64,000 nucleotides of DNA, from NCBI RefSeq assembly GCF_006345805.1, contig NW_021836127.1, positions 124,001-188,000 on the forward strand. Reading direction: 5' to 3'. Under the pieces are notes generated by a model. That model was not told the origin of the DNA, ran no database searches, and was given only the letters and a program-made list of their open reading frames with translations. Positions 50,731 to 63,300 of the stretch are shown here, piece by piece (the first letter of the stretch is position 1; each line of letters opens with the position of its first letter). A program made the position numbers and the translations under genes. The stretch comes from Octopus sinensis. Its lineage: Eukaryota.

Positions 50731-51989
50731 TTTAATCTAATATAATTATTTTAAAAATAAATTAGACTAGCGTTTAATGCCAACTAAACCTAAGCGCTAA
50801 AATTGTATTTAATAAATATATAATCTATTTAAAATTTAAATATTATTTAGATTTTATTTATAATCTTTAATTCCAAGGGTGTAGATAATCTATAATCACC
50901 AACTACATTCATTATTAGCCATATTATCAAAACAGAGTTCTCAGTTTGTTAATCCTATGTATTTCCTGGACAGAGTGGTTAAGTTATGTTAATATTTCAG
51001 CATTTTAAATTGTTTTTAGTTATTAGCCAAAAGTGAGTTATTTTAGCATTCTACTTTATATTACAATAGTTTTACATCACTGAATTTTAGTGAAACCTAC
51101 AGTCAGTTCCTAACGTAATTTTCAAGATTATTACAGAAACGACATTTAATCAATAGGATAATAAATTTATTTCAAGATAGGATGAACTCACTTGTTTTTT
51201 TCTAATAGTATATAAACAATCCTATGTTATGCGATTTATGATGCCTAGATGGCACAAGCCAATTGATTCAGAGGGCACCTAATTCCTGCCGAAAATGGAA
51301 TTCTAGAACTCTGACCCCAGGGGACATCGTCGTCCCAGGTCTATCACCGTGGGCAGGATCGAACCTTTTTGGAGAAGCTCTGTCGCTTGCAAAGTGCGTT
51401 GGGGATCACGGAGATTATAATTAATTGGTTTACTGTAGTTCTTTGGTCATTAATAAATGTCTTAAATAATAAAATATCTGGAATGTATTTTAGCAATTCA
51501 AATCTAGAGCGCATGCTTAAAGAATGTTTTATATCAACTATTTGACACGGGTTTGTCACACGGTCTGGTTTTACTGAAAAATTTAAAATCCGTTTATTAT
51601 TATCAAACATGTTTGTTATGATTACATTATTAGATTTGGTCTCTCTGCACAGGTTATAAATCTTTTTACCGAATGTATAGATCTATTTTTTAATGTTTAT
51701 CTATTAATCATAGCTGCTTATTATGACTTTCTGGACTGTTTTACAGTTTAAATGACTAATATACTTTATCCGGGGTTTTATAAACTTTCTTTTTACAACT
51801 AGTGTACAGCTCTATCACCATTTACGTGTCTGCAATCACCAAGCTTCTCTATTCGCTGTAGCCTAAATATTATTACTAATTATTTCCAGACATTTTAAGG
51901 AGCTTCATTAGACAAAATCTTTCAATACAAATCATCTTTGTTTTTTTGTTACTGGAAGTTGATATGTAAGCTGTAGAAACATATTTTAT

Positions 51990-52930
51990 CTATTTTTTAA
52001 TTAAAATATCATCCTATATGAAATTTCATGACGAAGAGATCCTCTTAGGCATCCTCTATAAGTTGGAAATTCATTATAACAGAAAAATTCCTTCATGGCG
52101 GCATTCGAAGATGTTTCTTCTTTCATCCGTAAAATATGACCAAAAAGGCGCCAACGAGCTTCAATAACATCCAGACTTATTGGTATACATCCAGTCAGCC
52201 TGTATAATTTTTGTTCGAAATTTCCTTTGCAAAGAATAACCAAAGAGTTTTTTTAGTTAGTTTATATGAAAAGAGTCAAGTCGTTTTATATCTTTCTTTA
52301 AAGTTCCCCATGTGCCTGAGTTGTAAATGACGCATAAACTTTTTTTCTCAATCAAATTGATTGTAATTTTTTGAGTGGTATTATGGCTAAGATCTCCCGT
52401 CGTGTGATATCTTCTGAGTCGCCAAGTAAAGATCCGAGTTTTTTGGTATTCCTCCACTTCTGCTCCACGCGGGTAGGCATTTGTTCGATAGAGGTTAATT
52501 CTGTTTTATCTTCGTTGACTTTGAGAGACCATTTTCTCATAATTGTTTTTGTTTTCTCTGCAATAACGTCTATAAATTCCTGATTTTTAGCGACAAAACT
52601 GACATCCCCGCGTAAATGAGTCCCATTAAGTTATCTTTCAGACATTCGATTTGTTCTCTTAGATCTCTCAAAACTACCTCCAGATATACGATGAATAATA
52701 CAGGTGATAGCGTATCTCTTTTTGGGGTTCCAGCATTGGTAGAAAATGTTATAGACTCCTTAGAATCAACTCTGACATGTAGTTCAGTTTCAGACAATAG
52801 CATATTTATCATGCGCAGACTGTCTTAATCGATAATTCTTCAACATGATGAGTAATTTGCTCCTGTTGATGGTGTCGAAAGCCTTACTCATGTCGACTCC
52901 CAGGATATGAAAGAATCGTTTGGCGCTTAT
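51990..52930 (-). mobile_element. RTE-like LINE reverse transcriptase remnant
   Basis: GVDMSKAFDTINR, GTPKRDTLSPVLFIVYLE, WSLKVNEDKTE and RWRLFGHILRM. Confidence 0.85.
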
Positions 52931-54269
52931 AAAAATTCTCAGTTTTTAGTTTTTGTACTATTTCTGGACATAAAAAGAAATATAAAATGTTATTTCAGAA
53001 ATGTAGCAATTATAAGTGTTTCTTTATGATAAGATACGAATTCTGTTTTTTTAATTTCTATATTTTCTTTGACAGTAATTAGAATAAAATTTACATTGAG
53101 GGCGAAAATAGTTTGAGATTGAAATAGACCGTTGCTTAGACACACATGGTAGCCGAAGAACATATAAAAGAGATTATCAACTCATTTTAAGCCGATAGGG
53201 AAACTCTACTTGCGATATTTTCATGATTCATAAATTGTCGTTGCATCATATACCGCGAGTTCTAATGTTGGCGTACCAATTTCCAAAAATTTAACATCTA
53301 AATTTTATTTGTGTGTTACGTTCCTGACAAGCTTTTAATAACTATTAAAAAATTGTTTTTCCGCTTCCAAAATTGTAATTGAAATCTGTTTTTTTCGTTT
53401 AAGTTACATTTACTTATATTTTATGATACAAGATTTAACGTCGAAAGCGAAAGCATTAGTGGACTTATCAATGCTTAATGTTGATGAATCATTCATTAGT
53501 GTTGATGTATTTTTTAATAAATTAAAATTCTATTCGTTAATTATTACTTTCTGCTCGGTAAGGAAGACATATTTGAGCATTTTTGATAAAGAGTTAAATA
53601 GTTATTTCATTCATTTTGTATTAATGTTATTTTTCATAGAAAATGTTTTTATATTTGTTTATTCCTGCGAAACAAATTTTCCTGCTTTTTTTACCTTAAG
53701 TACCGTCAAATAAAGAAGATTTCAGACTTGGCTCTCTCTTTTTCCACATGCGTGCAAACTTAAAATTTATTGATTGTGTAAATCATTTAATTTAAAAAAT
53801 AAACTCCACTAAGAGGTTTGCTCTCAATATCTTCGGATTTTTTTCCACTGACGAAGTATTCAACTTATAGAGAATTGAGATTTAATTAGATAGTCACGTA
53901 TTTTTTTATTAGATTTTTTAACAATCGAATGTTCAACAATCAGTTTTTTAAAAGGGATATTAACACAGAATTTCTGGAAAAACGTTGACGCTTGCTTATA
54001 TGCGATTTAAAAGCTAATGTCTAAAGCTTCGAGATTAATCAGAAACATAGATGCTTGATCTATCTACACTAATGCTTGCGCTTTCGAAGTTAAAGTTCGG
54101 AAACGGTCCCGTTATAATGAATAAAGAAGAAAATAGCGAACCTGAAATCTGTAGTTATGGATTCTCCTTGCAACATTTGTACCAAAAGATTGTAATCTTT
54201 AGTTGTTTCCACAAAACGGGTGTGACATTGATAAAAAACTATGAAGTATTTAATTTTAAAACTTTAAAT

Positions 54270-55622
54270 CAGGCGTGCGCAAGCTTTTTTGGTTTGCGGC
54301 CGCATAGCATTTTTTTCCTTCTCTTCCACGGCCGCGCATTTTCTGCATTATTTTTTCGATATTAGTATAGTAATTTTTTTTAATTAATAAAAGTGATCGC
54401 ATAAGTTGCCCATTGTCATCGAGACCGAATGAGTTCTTTGAAACAATAGTTCGAGTGTTAATTAAATGAATTTATGATGTTAATTCTTTGATTGAGAGGA
54501 CGCGCGAATAGATAAGCAGTTTCCCCGCAATATCGAGAGCGAAATGCGCTGAAAAAGTTAGCTAGACTCACGTCTCTCGTGCCTCAGTGCCGGCCGTATA
54601 CCCAGACATGCCACCTTGAACAATATTGTTAAGCCACTTTGCAATTTAAACAAGAATGTTTTATTTGGAAGAGTAGCAAAGAAAAAACCATTGTTAAGTA
54701 AAAAAAATACTCAAAAAATATGAAATATCGAAAATATTTGTTGGTATGTATGATGAGAGATGGAGATCAATCATTTTTTCAGACGAGTGTACTTTTAAAG
54801 TTTATTATGCATCAAAAAGAAAAATAATATACCGAAAAAGGGAAAATGAATTCAAAAATCCAAATTATCACCCACTGTTAAGTGTGGTGGCGGAAAAATT
54901 ATGGTCTCGGGATGCTTTTCATATTTTGGAATGGGTTCGTTATGTTTCATCGATGAAAAAATAAACTCAGGACAATATATAAACATTCTTGCTAACAATC
55001 TGGAAAAATCAGCCATTAAAATGGGATTAAACAGCTTCATATTCCAGCAAGACAATGCCCCATGTCATACTTCGAAAACAACAAAGGGGTATTTTTCTGC
55101 AAACAAAATTAATTTAGTCGATTTGCTGGCACAATCCCCCGATATGAATCCATTGGACATATTTGGTCAAAAATTAAATATGAATTATCGAGGGATGATA
55201 CAAAAAATCGACCAAAAAATAAACATCAACAAAAGAATAAAATTCCAATTTATTTTAATCGAAAATTAATAAATTCGATGAAAACTCGTAGTTTAGAGTT
55301 ATATAAATCGAAAGGAAAGCATATTCATTACTGATATTTTATTTTTTGACATTTGTCCGGAATTTTTTGTCTTGAAAAATCGGTTTTTGCTTTATTCTCA
55401 ATATTTTAAAAAGATTTATGGATAAATATTATAAAATTAAAAAATATAGATGATATTAGCATGCTTAAGTTTTTAATTTAATAAAATTGATAATAAAAAT
55501 GACGATTTATTAACTGTCCGGATTTTAATGTCGAGGGGTGTATTTAAGATTAGTTGCTCGATGATCTAATTGTGCCCACGGCCGCACATTCATCGACTCA
55601 CGGCCGCACTTGCGCACCCCTG
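54270..55622. mobile_element. Non-autonomous hAT element carrying a nested Tc1 remnant
   Basis: TIRs CAGGCGTGCGCAAG / CTTGCGCACCCCTG; perfect 8-bp TSD CTTTAAAT. Confidence 0.9.
54601..55540 (+). mobile_element. 5'-deleted degenerate Tc1 element
   Basis: IIFSDECTF, FQQDNAPCHTS and AQSPDMNP; right end ...CGAGGGGTG|TA. Confidence 0.85.
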
Positions 55623-55841
55623 CTTTAAATTCAATAAATCACTATATAAAGATTTACAACTTTATAAAATACATATAATTAAATGAACATGCGGACCCTT
55701 ATCTACTTTTTTCAAAATAAATTTATATAGTGAATTTAGGCTAGGTATGTATTGTTTCTAAATGATGGTGTTCAAAGCATTGTGGTTATTATTGAATATC
55801 TGTCTGCTATGACTTTCTGTCAAAATCCGTACAATAATCTA

Positions 55842-57477
55842 CAGTCAACCCTCTCCATAGTTAACTCCCTCTATAGTGAACAGGCCATATTAATGCAATT
55901 CACAATAACAAATATTACTAATTTAAAAATGTATAATATCATTTATCGAAATATTTTGGTGTTCACTATTAAAGAATAGTTAAATTTAATATTTTTACAT
56001 CGGTATATTTAAAATTCTTTAAATGAATAAATTGCACGTTCTACAGTTGTTAGCATGGTGGGAAATCGAAAACGCCTGCCATTTTTTTTTCAAAAGAAGT
56101 ACACACAGCGTGATTTATTGTTTATTTCAAAATTCTGAAAAATTCTGAAGGAATACTTACTTTTCTAGATGACCAAAAAAGAAGAAAATTTACTTGTCCA
56201 AGTCTCAATCATTCGACAGAGATCTATTTGAATGGTTCGTTAAAAAACGATCATTTGGGTTCATATTCAATGAATATCTTTTGAAGTTGATGTCTTTAAA
56301 AATGGCGAAAGTTTGTATTATTCAAGGATTTCAAGCATCAAATGGATAGCTTAAGAAATTTAAAAATCGATATTGAATTCCTTCCCGTGCTTTGTGTGGG
56401 GAGAATAAAATAGTTAAAACCTCTATGATTGAAAATTTTACAAAAAGTCTCAATAGAAAATTAGAACAATACGAAACTGGATTGTTTTTAATCTTTTGGT
56501 GAACAGAAAATTAGCTGTTGACTCGGAAAAAAATCTGTTGATTTTTGAAAATGATCAAATTGACGACGTCAATTTTACAAAGAACTTTTTGAGAAAACTA
56601 ATACAGCAATATCGAATTGAAGAGGAAGATGAACAAAATTATGTTCCGACACTATATGAAGCTAATGAATATGCGAAGGCACCTGAATTTTTGTTTCTTG
56701 AGAATGATTGTGAACAAAGAGGAAAGTATACGAAATACAAAAAATTTTTGAAAATTATCAAACTAATCATTCTCAAAAAATAACCAATTACGTGATTAAA
56801 CTAAATAATCGTTGTAATTATATTTTAATTATTGTTATTTTGATTCCTTTTTCAAATTTTTTTGTTCACTATAGACCAGGGGTGTCAAACATAGGTGCGG
56901 CTCTCAGCGTACTTTGGCAAACATAAGTGCGGTCTGATTTAATGGCTATAAAATACAAAAAATATTTTTTTTTTTTTTTACATTTAATTAAAATTTTTAA
57001 TTGTATTTTTAAATCGCGTTTTTCAATGTCACGTGCTTCTTCTGGAATAAAAAAGAAACGGTGCTTGAAAGATGAACGGAGAGTGTTTCAAGATAAATGG
57101 GAACTTCTCTATTCTTCCACAAGGGTTGATGGAAAAATACATTGTTTGATATGTAACAAGTTAATCGCTATACCGAAAGAATACAACCTAAAGAGAAATA
57201 ATTGTATCTCAACCTAAAGAAGCATAATTGTATCTAAAAAAAGATTTCAATCCTCTGGAAGCAGCTCTCACTAAAATTAAAGGGCGATGATTGAATAATT
57301 TAGTTTCTTTTATTTTGGTTATTCATCATAATAAATATCAGAATTAATTTTCTCTTAATGAGAAATTATTATGAATGCGGCTCTCGAAGCGAAATGAGTT
57401 TGACACCCCTGCTATAGACAATAGTTAATATGATGTTTTGACGTGGACATTTTGTTCACTATAGAGAGGGTTGACAG
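55842..57477 (+). mobile_element. Tigger/pogo-like element, degenerate, with a nested hAT
   Basis: TA|CAGTCAACCCTCTC and GAGAGGGTTGACAG ends; LFEWFVKKR...FQASNG*LKKFK. Confidence 0.8.
56877..57411 (+). mobile_element. Non-autonomous hAT (SPIN-like) element
   Basis: TIRs CAGGGGTGTCAAAC / GTTTGACACCCCTG; perfect 8-bp TSD CTATAGAC; RVFQDKWE...HCLIC...KEYNLKR. Confidence 0.93.
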
Positions 57478-57681
57478 AACTATTTTAATTTGGATTATGA
57501 ATCATTTAGACAAACTTGTCTTTCTATTAACAATTTTTGTCTTTATTAATCAAGCTCTTAAGACTAAATCATTTAATGTCACGTGCCCAGACCACGTATC
57601 TACAATGGACTTCAGAAGAGATAATTTATCGCTAATCCTAATAAAATTATTCTTAATATTTAAAATTAATCTATTAAATAT

Positions 57682-59454
57682 CATGTCAACCGCCTCTTTC
57701 CGAGCTCCCCTGTCATGCCCTTTCTTTGGCCCTCTTTGTTTTCGAAACTGATAACTTTACTGAATTTCAGTCTCTTAGACAAACTTATCCAAACCTAATT
57801 GTTCTCTCTTCGAATAAGTCCATTGTTAACCGAAGTATTGGTGGTCAAGGCGTATTCTCGAAATTTTCCTGTGCGCCCTTAGCATCACATGAGGTTGACT
57901 TGGACAAACCCTGCAATGTCCCTTTCGAGCGTATGCGTGATGAGGTTAGGGTACACTACCTCACTATTGTTAATGAAGCTCTTGCAGTATTTCTTTTGCC
58001 GGACAACCAAGACTCCTTGTTAGGGCACGGATGGGATGGTCACAATATGTCCTCTAATAAACAATGTTCCAAGAAAATTTTGGAAAGTAAAAGTAAATCC
58101 AAGGTCCAATGTAAATCCAAGAAAACACAGCCCCGACAACGCCGTGCACGCGCAAAAAAGAAAGCGGAAACCTGGGCGGATGGTTATGTCTCCGACAGGG
58201 ATGTAGACAAATTAGCCTCCATTATTGACCAAACCTTCAACAAAAATCGGGACCATGCCGATTCAGCGATAAGGCTTGGAACTCGAGCAGTTTTGTAGGG
58301 GAGCCGCGTTCAAGAGATCTTTTAAAGACTCCAACCGCAGGTAAGTGGGCGCAAGCATTCATGCGGGTGCTATTCCCGATTCGGTATAGCCAGGCCAAAA
58401 ATCCCGAAGCGGTGACTGCGCTAATGGAGCGTTATAACTCAGCTATGGCAAGACTTTCTCCACTGTTCAGTCCTGACCAGAACCTTGTTGCAAAGTTCTC
58501 AATCAAGTATCCGAAGAACACACACTGGATAAACTATGTTGTCTCTTAGACAAGATGTTAGGCCTGAACCCCGCTGATTCTACAGCTGTTTTGAGATTCT
58601 GTACCGTTGGGTTCTATAATTGGGGTAACGCGGTGTTATCTCGTATTATCACCCTCGGAACCGTTCTCAAAACTTCGGAGGAAAGATCACTTCTTATTCA
58701 AGGGCTCTTTGTGCCCACTTTCCGTGATGAGGTGAGAAAAGCTCTTGCACATTTTTGTGAAGTAACCTCGAGTGATCACCTCTGTGTATACCAAAAAGGG
58801 TTGGGCTTAGTGAGAGCTTCTGCCTTTAGCTCCACTTCGTTGCCGGGTTTGTATCTCTTTATGAGCACAATCGGAGGCATGCTAACAGTTACGAAATTGT
58901 TTTATTCGCGAAGTGTTTTGGAGACCGAAGGTCAAATTATTAACGAGGTTTTGTTCAGCTTGATGTACAAGAACTCTGTGCCTGATGTCGGGTGGCTTGA
59001 ATTAACCCCTGAGGAATCAGCTCCTCGACAGGCACAAGAGCGTAGCTTAGCTAAAGAGGCCATTGACGATCCTTCATATTCTTTGACTCCTAGCCAGCAG
59101 AAAATATATGAAGAAATACTCTCTTCTGCGGAATTTAACGCTATAAAAGAATTGAATGCCAGGCCCAAGTCTGTGTATGATGAAGTTTTAATGCGTTTGA
59201 GGAAGAGAATGCGCCTTCATCCTCATTTGACTACCGCTGAATTCGCCATAGTGAAGAATCGTATTAAGACCATAGTCACTCAAGCAAACACAATCCTTTC
59301 TTTCATAAGCAACATGAGTCCTCTTGACCACCCAGAAATCTTGTATCCCGGAGGCATACCGGAATTATCACTTAATCAAATCGCAGAGAAATTTGAAATA
59401 GAGTTCAAATATTTTTTTGAATTTTTTTCCAAATCCGATAGTATAACCACCTAG
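57682..59454 (+). pseudogene. Endogenous viral element, rhabdovirus nucleoprotein (N)-like, frameshifted
   Basis: GC-richer intronless block. LRFCTV...NAVLS, LFVPTFRDEV and VYQKGLGLVRASAFSSTSLPGLYLFMSTIGGML parallel the rhabdovirus N core (RYGT..DCAAL, WI...VADE, PYLIDFGLSSKSPYSS..NP.FHF). Recognised by eye only. Confidence 0.65.
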
Positions 59455-59905
59455 GCTCGGTACACCCAAGGCCTGTGACATAATAATTTATAAAAATAAT
59501 GTAGCAAAAATTAAATTTGTGCTCAGTTTAAAAAAAGTCTAGAAAAAAAATATAACAATAATGATTAAAATTTGGTAGAAATTAATCATTCTAGATTTTT
59601 AGGCGCTAAAATACAAGATCGCCAAATCCGGAAACAAATAAATAAAAGTTTGCCATAAGAATATAAAGAATTGAAGTTTATATCAAAAAATAAGGCAAAA
59701 TTCAATAAATAAAGATAAATGAAAAGATTTCAAATAAGCGATATAAACAGATTGAAAGAATAAACTGACAAATATTACAAAATGATGAAATTTCAGATAA
59801 TTTATTAATTAAAAGAAACTACATCGCAAAATATTCCTTCTAATCCAATTAAATAAAAAAATAAAGATTGATCAAATAATGTAACAAGACAACAAGGTAT
59901 GTCAC
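59391..59905 (+). repeat. Dispersed repeat with LTR-like ends, homologous to 2193-2850
   Basis: TGTGACATA at 59474 and its inverse TATGTCACA ending at 59905; near-identical to 2193-2570. Confidence 0.7.
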
Positions 59906-60226
59906 AAGAGTGCTCACACGTGGCACAATTTATTATGTTTTCTATTAATAATTGGGTAACTAAAAATTAAGATAATTTTAATTAAAACACAATTCTACCT
60001 AATAGCTTATAAACAGTGTAAATACCAGAGGGGATATCTCAATGATGGCAAATTGTGAAACAGACTTGCGAGCAGATTTTGCAGATTAGAGCAGATTGTT
60101 TCCTTGTAACTTTTGCTCAAAGTAATTTTCAAGGAGTTTGTTTAGTTCTAGCCATATTTTTTTTATTTCAGACAGAACCGATTCAGACGAATTATTTTTG
60201 TTTTATATTATTCCGAAAACAACATT

Positions 60227-60399
60227 ATGAATGAATGAATGAAGAATTTTATTGTAGGAAAGAAGAGCGAGACAGAAACTTAGTGCGGAAAGTAATTTTT
60301 GACGAGACGATTGCTTTGGGCATTCGAGCTCTTCCATGGTTCGTCCGCTTTCTCTGTCTATGACTGATGAGACTGATGAAGAAAGAAGAAAGTAGGTTC
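60227..60399 (-). mobile_element. 3' end of a LINE related to the element at 1-1871
   Basis: RTNHGRAR...LQ* with AATAAA and an (ATTC)n tail; aligns to about 1770-1871 (GGACGAA, AGAGCTCGA, TCGTCTCGT, CACTAAGT, TACAATAAAA). Confidence 0.8.
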
Positions 60400-63300
60400 A
60401 TGCTTCTGAGCCTGTATGCTTCTGAGCCTGTATGCTTCTGAGCCTGTATGCTTCTGAGCCTGTATGCTTCTGAGCCTGTATGCTTCTGAGCCTGTATGCT
60501 TCTGAGCATGTATGCTTCTGAGCCTGTATGCTTCTGAGCCTGTATGCTTCTGAGCCTGTATGCTTCTGAGCCTGTATGCTTCTGAGCCTGTATGCTTCTG
60601 AGCATGTATGCTTCTGAGCCTGTATGCTTCTGAGCCTGTATGCTTCTGAGCCTGTATGCTTCTGAGCCTGTATGCTTCTGAGCCTGTATGCTTCTGAGCC
60701 TGTATGCTTCTGAGCCTGTATGCTTCTGAGCCTGTATGCTTCTGAGCATGTATGCTTCTGAGCCTGTATGCTTCTGAGCCTGTATGCTTCTGAGCCTGTA
60801 TGCTTCTGAGCCTGTATGCTTCTGAGCCTGTATGCTTCTGAGCATGTATGCTTCTGAGCCTGTATGCTTCTGAGCCTGTATGCTTCTGAGCCTGTATGCT
60901 TCTGAGCCTGTATGCTTCTGAGCCTGTATGCTTCTGAGCCTGTATGCTTCTGAGCCTGTATGCTTCTGAGCATGTATGCTTCTGAGCCTGTATGCTTCTG
61001 AGCCTGTATGCTTCTGAGCCTGTATGCTTCTGAGCCTGTATGCTTCTGAGCATGTATGCTTCTGAGCATGTATGCTTCTGAGCCTGTATGCTTCTGAGCA
61101 TGTATGCTTCTGAGCCTGTATGCTTCTGAGCATGTATGCTTCTGAGCCTGTATGCTTCTGAGCATGTATGCTTCTGAGCCTGTATGCTTCTGAGCATGTA
61201 TGCTTCTGAGCATGTATGCTTCTGAGCATGTATGCTTCTGAGCCTGTATGCTTCTGAGCCTGTATGCTTCTGAGCCTGTATGCTTCTGAGCCTGTATGCT
61301 TCTGAGCCTGTATGCTTCTGAGCCTGTATGCTTCTGAGCCTGTATGCTTCTGAGCATGTATGCTTCTGAGCCTGTATGCTTCTGAGCCTGTATGCTTCTG
61401 AGCCTGTATGCTTCTGAGCCTGTATGCTTCTGAGCATGTATGCTTCTGAGCATGTATGCTTCTGAGCCTGTATGCTTCTGAGCATGTATGCTTCTGAGCC
61501 TGTATGCTTCTGAGCATGTATGCTTCTGAGCATGTATGCTTCTGAGCCTGTATGCTTCTGAGCATGTATGCTTCTGAGCCTGTATGCTTCTGAGCATGTA
61601 TGCTTCTGAGCATGTATGCTTCTGAGCATGTATGCTTCTGCGCCTGTATGCTTCTGAGCCTGTATGCTTCTGAGCATGTATGCTTCTGAGCCTGTATGCT
61701 TCTGAGCATGTATGCTTCTGAGCCTGTATGCTTCTGAGCCTGTATGCTTCTGAGCATGTATGCTTCTGAGCCTGTATGCTTCTGAGCATGTATGCTTCTG
61801 AGCCTGTATGCTTCTGAGCATGTATGCTTCTGAGCCTGTATGCTTCTGAGCATGTATGCTTCTGAGCATGTATGCTTCTGAGCCTGTATGCTTCTGAGCA
61901 TGTATGCTTCTGAGCCTGTATGCTTCTGAGCATGTATGCTTCTGAGCATGTATGCTTCTGAGCCTGTATGCTTCTGAGCCTGTATGCTTCTGAGCATGTA
62001 TGCTTCTGAGCCTGTATGCTTCTGAGCATGTATGCTTCTGAGCATGTATGCTTCTGCGCCTGTATGCTTCTGAGCCTGTATGCTTCTGAGCATGTATGCT
62101 TCTGAGCCTGTATGCTTCTGAGCCTGTATGCTTCTGAGCATGTATGCTTCTGAGCCTGTATGCTTCTGAGCCTGTATGCTTCTGCGCCTGTATGCTTCTG
62201 AGCCTGTATGCTTCTGAGCCTGTATGCTTCTGCGCCTGTATGCTTCTGAGCCTGTATGCTTCTGAGCCTGTATGCTTCTGCGCCTGTATGCTTCTGAGCC
62301 TGTATGCTTCTGAGCCCGTATGCTTCTGAGCATGTATGCTTCTGAGCCTGTATGCTTCTGAGCCCGTATGCTTCTGAGCATGTATGCTTCTGCGCCTGTA
62401 TGCTTCTGAGCCTGTATGCTTCTGCGCCTGTATGCTTCTGAGCCTGTATGCTTCTCAGCCTGTATGCTTCTGAGCCTGTATGCTTCTGAGCATGTATGCT
62501 TCTGAGCCTGTATGCTTCTGAGCATGTATGCTTCTGAGCCTGTATGCTTCTGAGCCCGTATGCTTCTGAGCATGTATGCTTCTGAGCCTGTATGCTTCTG
62601 AGCCCGTATGCTTCTGAGCATGTATGCTTCTGCGCCTGTATGCTTCTGAGCCTGTATGCTTCTGCGCCTGTATGCTTCTGAGCCTGTATGCTTCTCAGCC
62701 TGTATGCTTCTGAGCCTGTATGCTTCTGAGCATGTATGCTTCTGAGCCTGTATGCTTCTCAGCCTGTATGCTTCTGAGCCCGTATGCTTCTGAGCATGTA
62801 TGCTTCTGCGCCTGTATGCTTCTGAGCCTGTATGCTTCTGAGCCCGTATGCTTCTGAGTATGTATGCTTCTGAGCCTGTATGCTTCTGAGCATGTATGCT
62901 TCTGCGCCTGTATGCTTCTGAGCATGTATGCTTCTGAGCCTGTATGCTTCTGAGCCCGTATGCTTCTGAGCATGTATGCTTCTGAGCCTGTATGCTTCTG
63001 AGCATGTATGCTTCTGAGCATGTATGCTTCTGAGCCTGTATGCTTCTGAGCCTGTATGCTTCTGCGCCTGTATGCTTCTGCGCCTGTATGCTTCTGCGCC
63101 TGTATGCTTCTGAGCCTGTATGCTTCTGAGCCCGTATGCTTCTGAGTATGTATGCTTCTGAGCCTGTATGCTTCTGAGCCTGTATGCTTCTGAGCATGTA
63201 TGCTTCTGAGCCTGTATGCTTCTGCGCCTGTATGCTTCTGAGCCTGTATGCTTCTGAGCCTGTATGCTTCTGAGCATGTATGCTTCTGCGCCTGTATGCT

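Noticed and set aside
51340-51410. tRNA gene
   Set aside because: Only a T-loop-like motif is present; the T-stem does not pair and there is no D or anticodon arm.
52384-52395. U2 snRNA-like GGCTAAGATC
   Set aside because: An isolated 10-mer inside a LINE RT remnant; the rest of U2 is absent.
59455-59473. Primer-binding site (TGGGTGTACCGAGC on the minus strand)
   Set aside because: It lies 5 nt from the putative LTR edge and matches no tRNA 3' end I can recall.
57577-59480. Short TIRs (TGTCACGTGCC / GGCCTGTGACA) enclosing the viral gene
   Set aside because: Only 9 of 11 bases match, there is no TSD, and the right-hand motif belongs to a longer repeat shared with 2193-2570.
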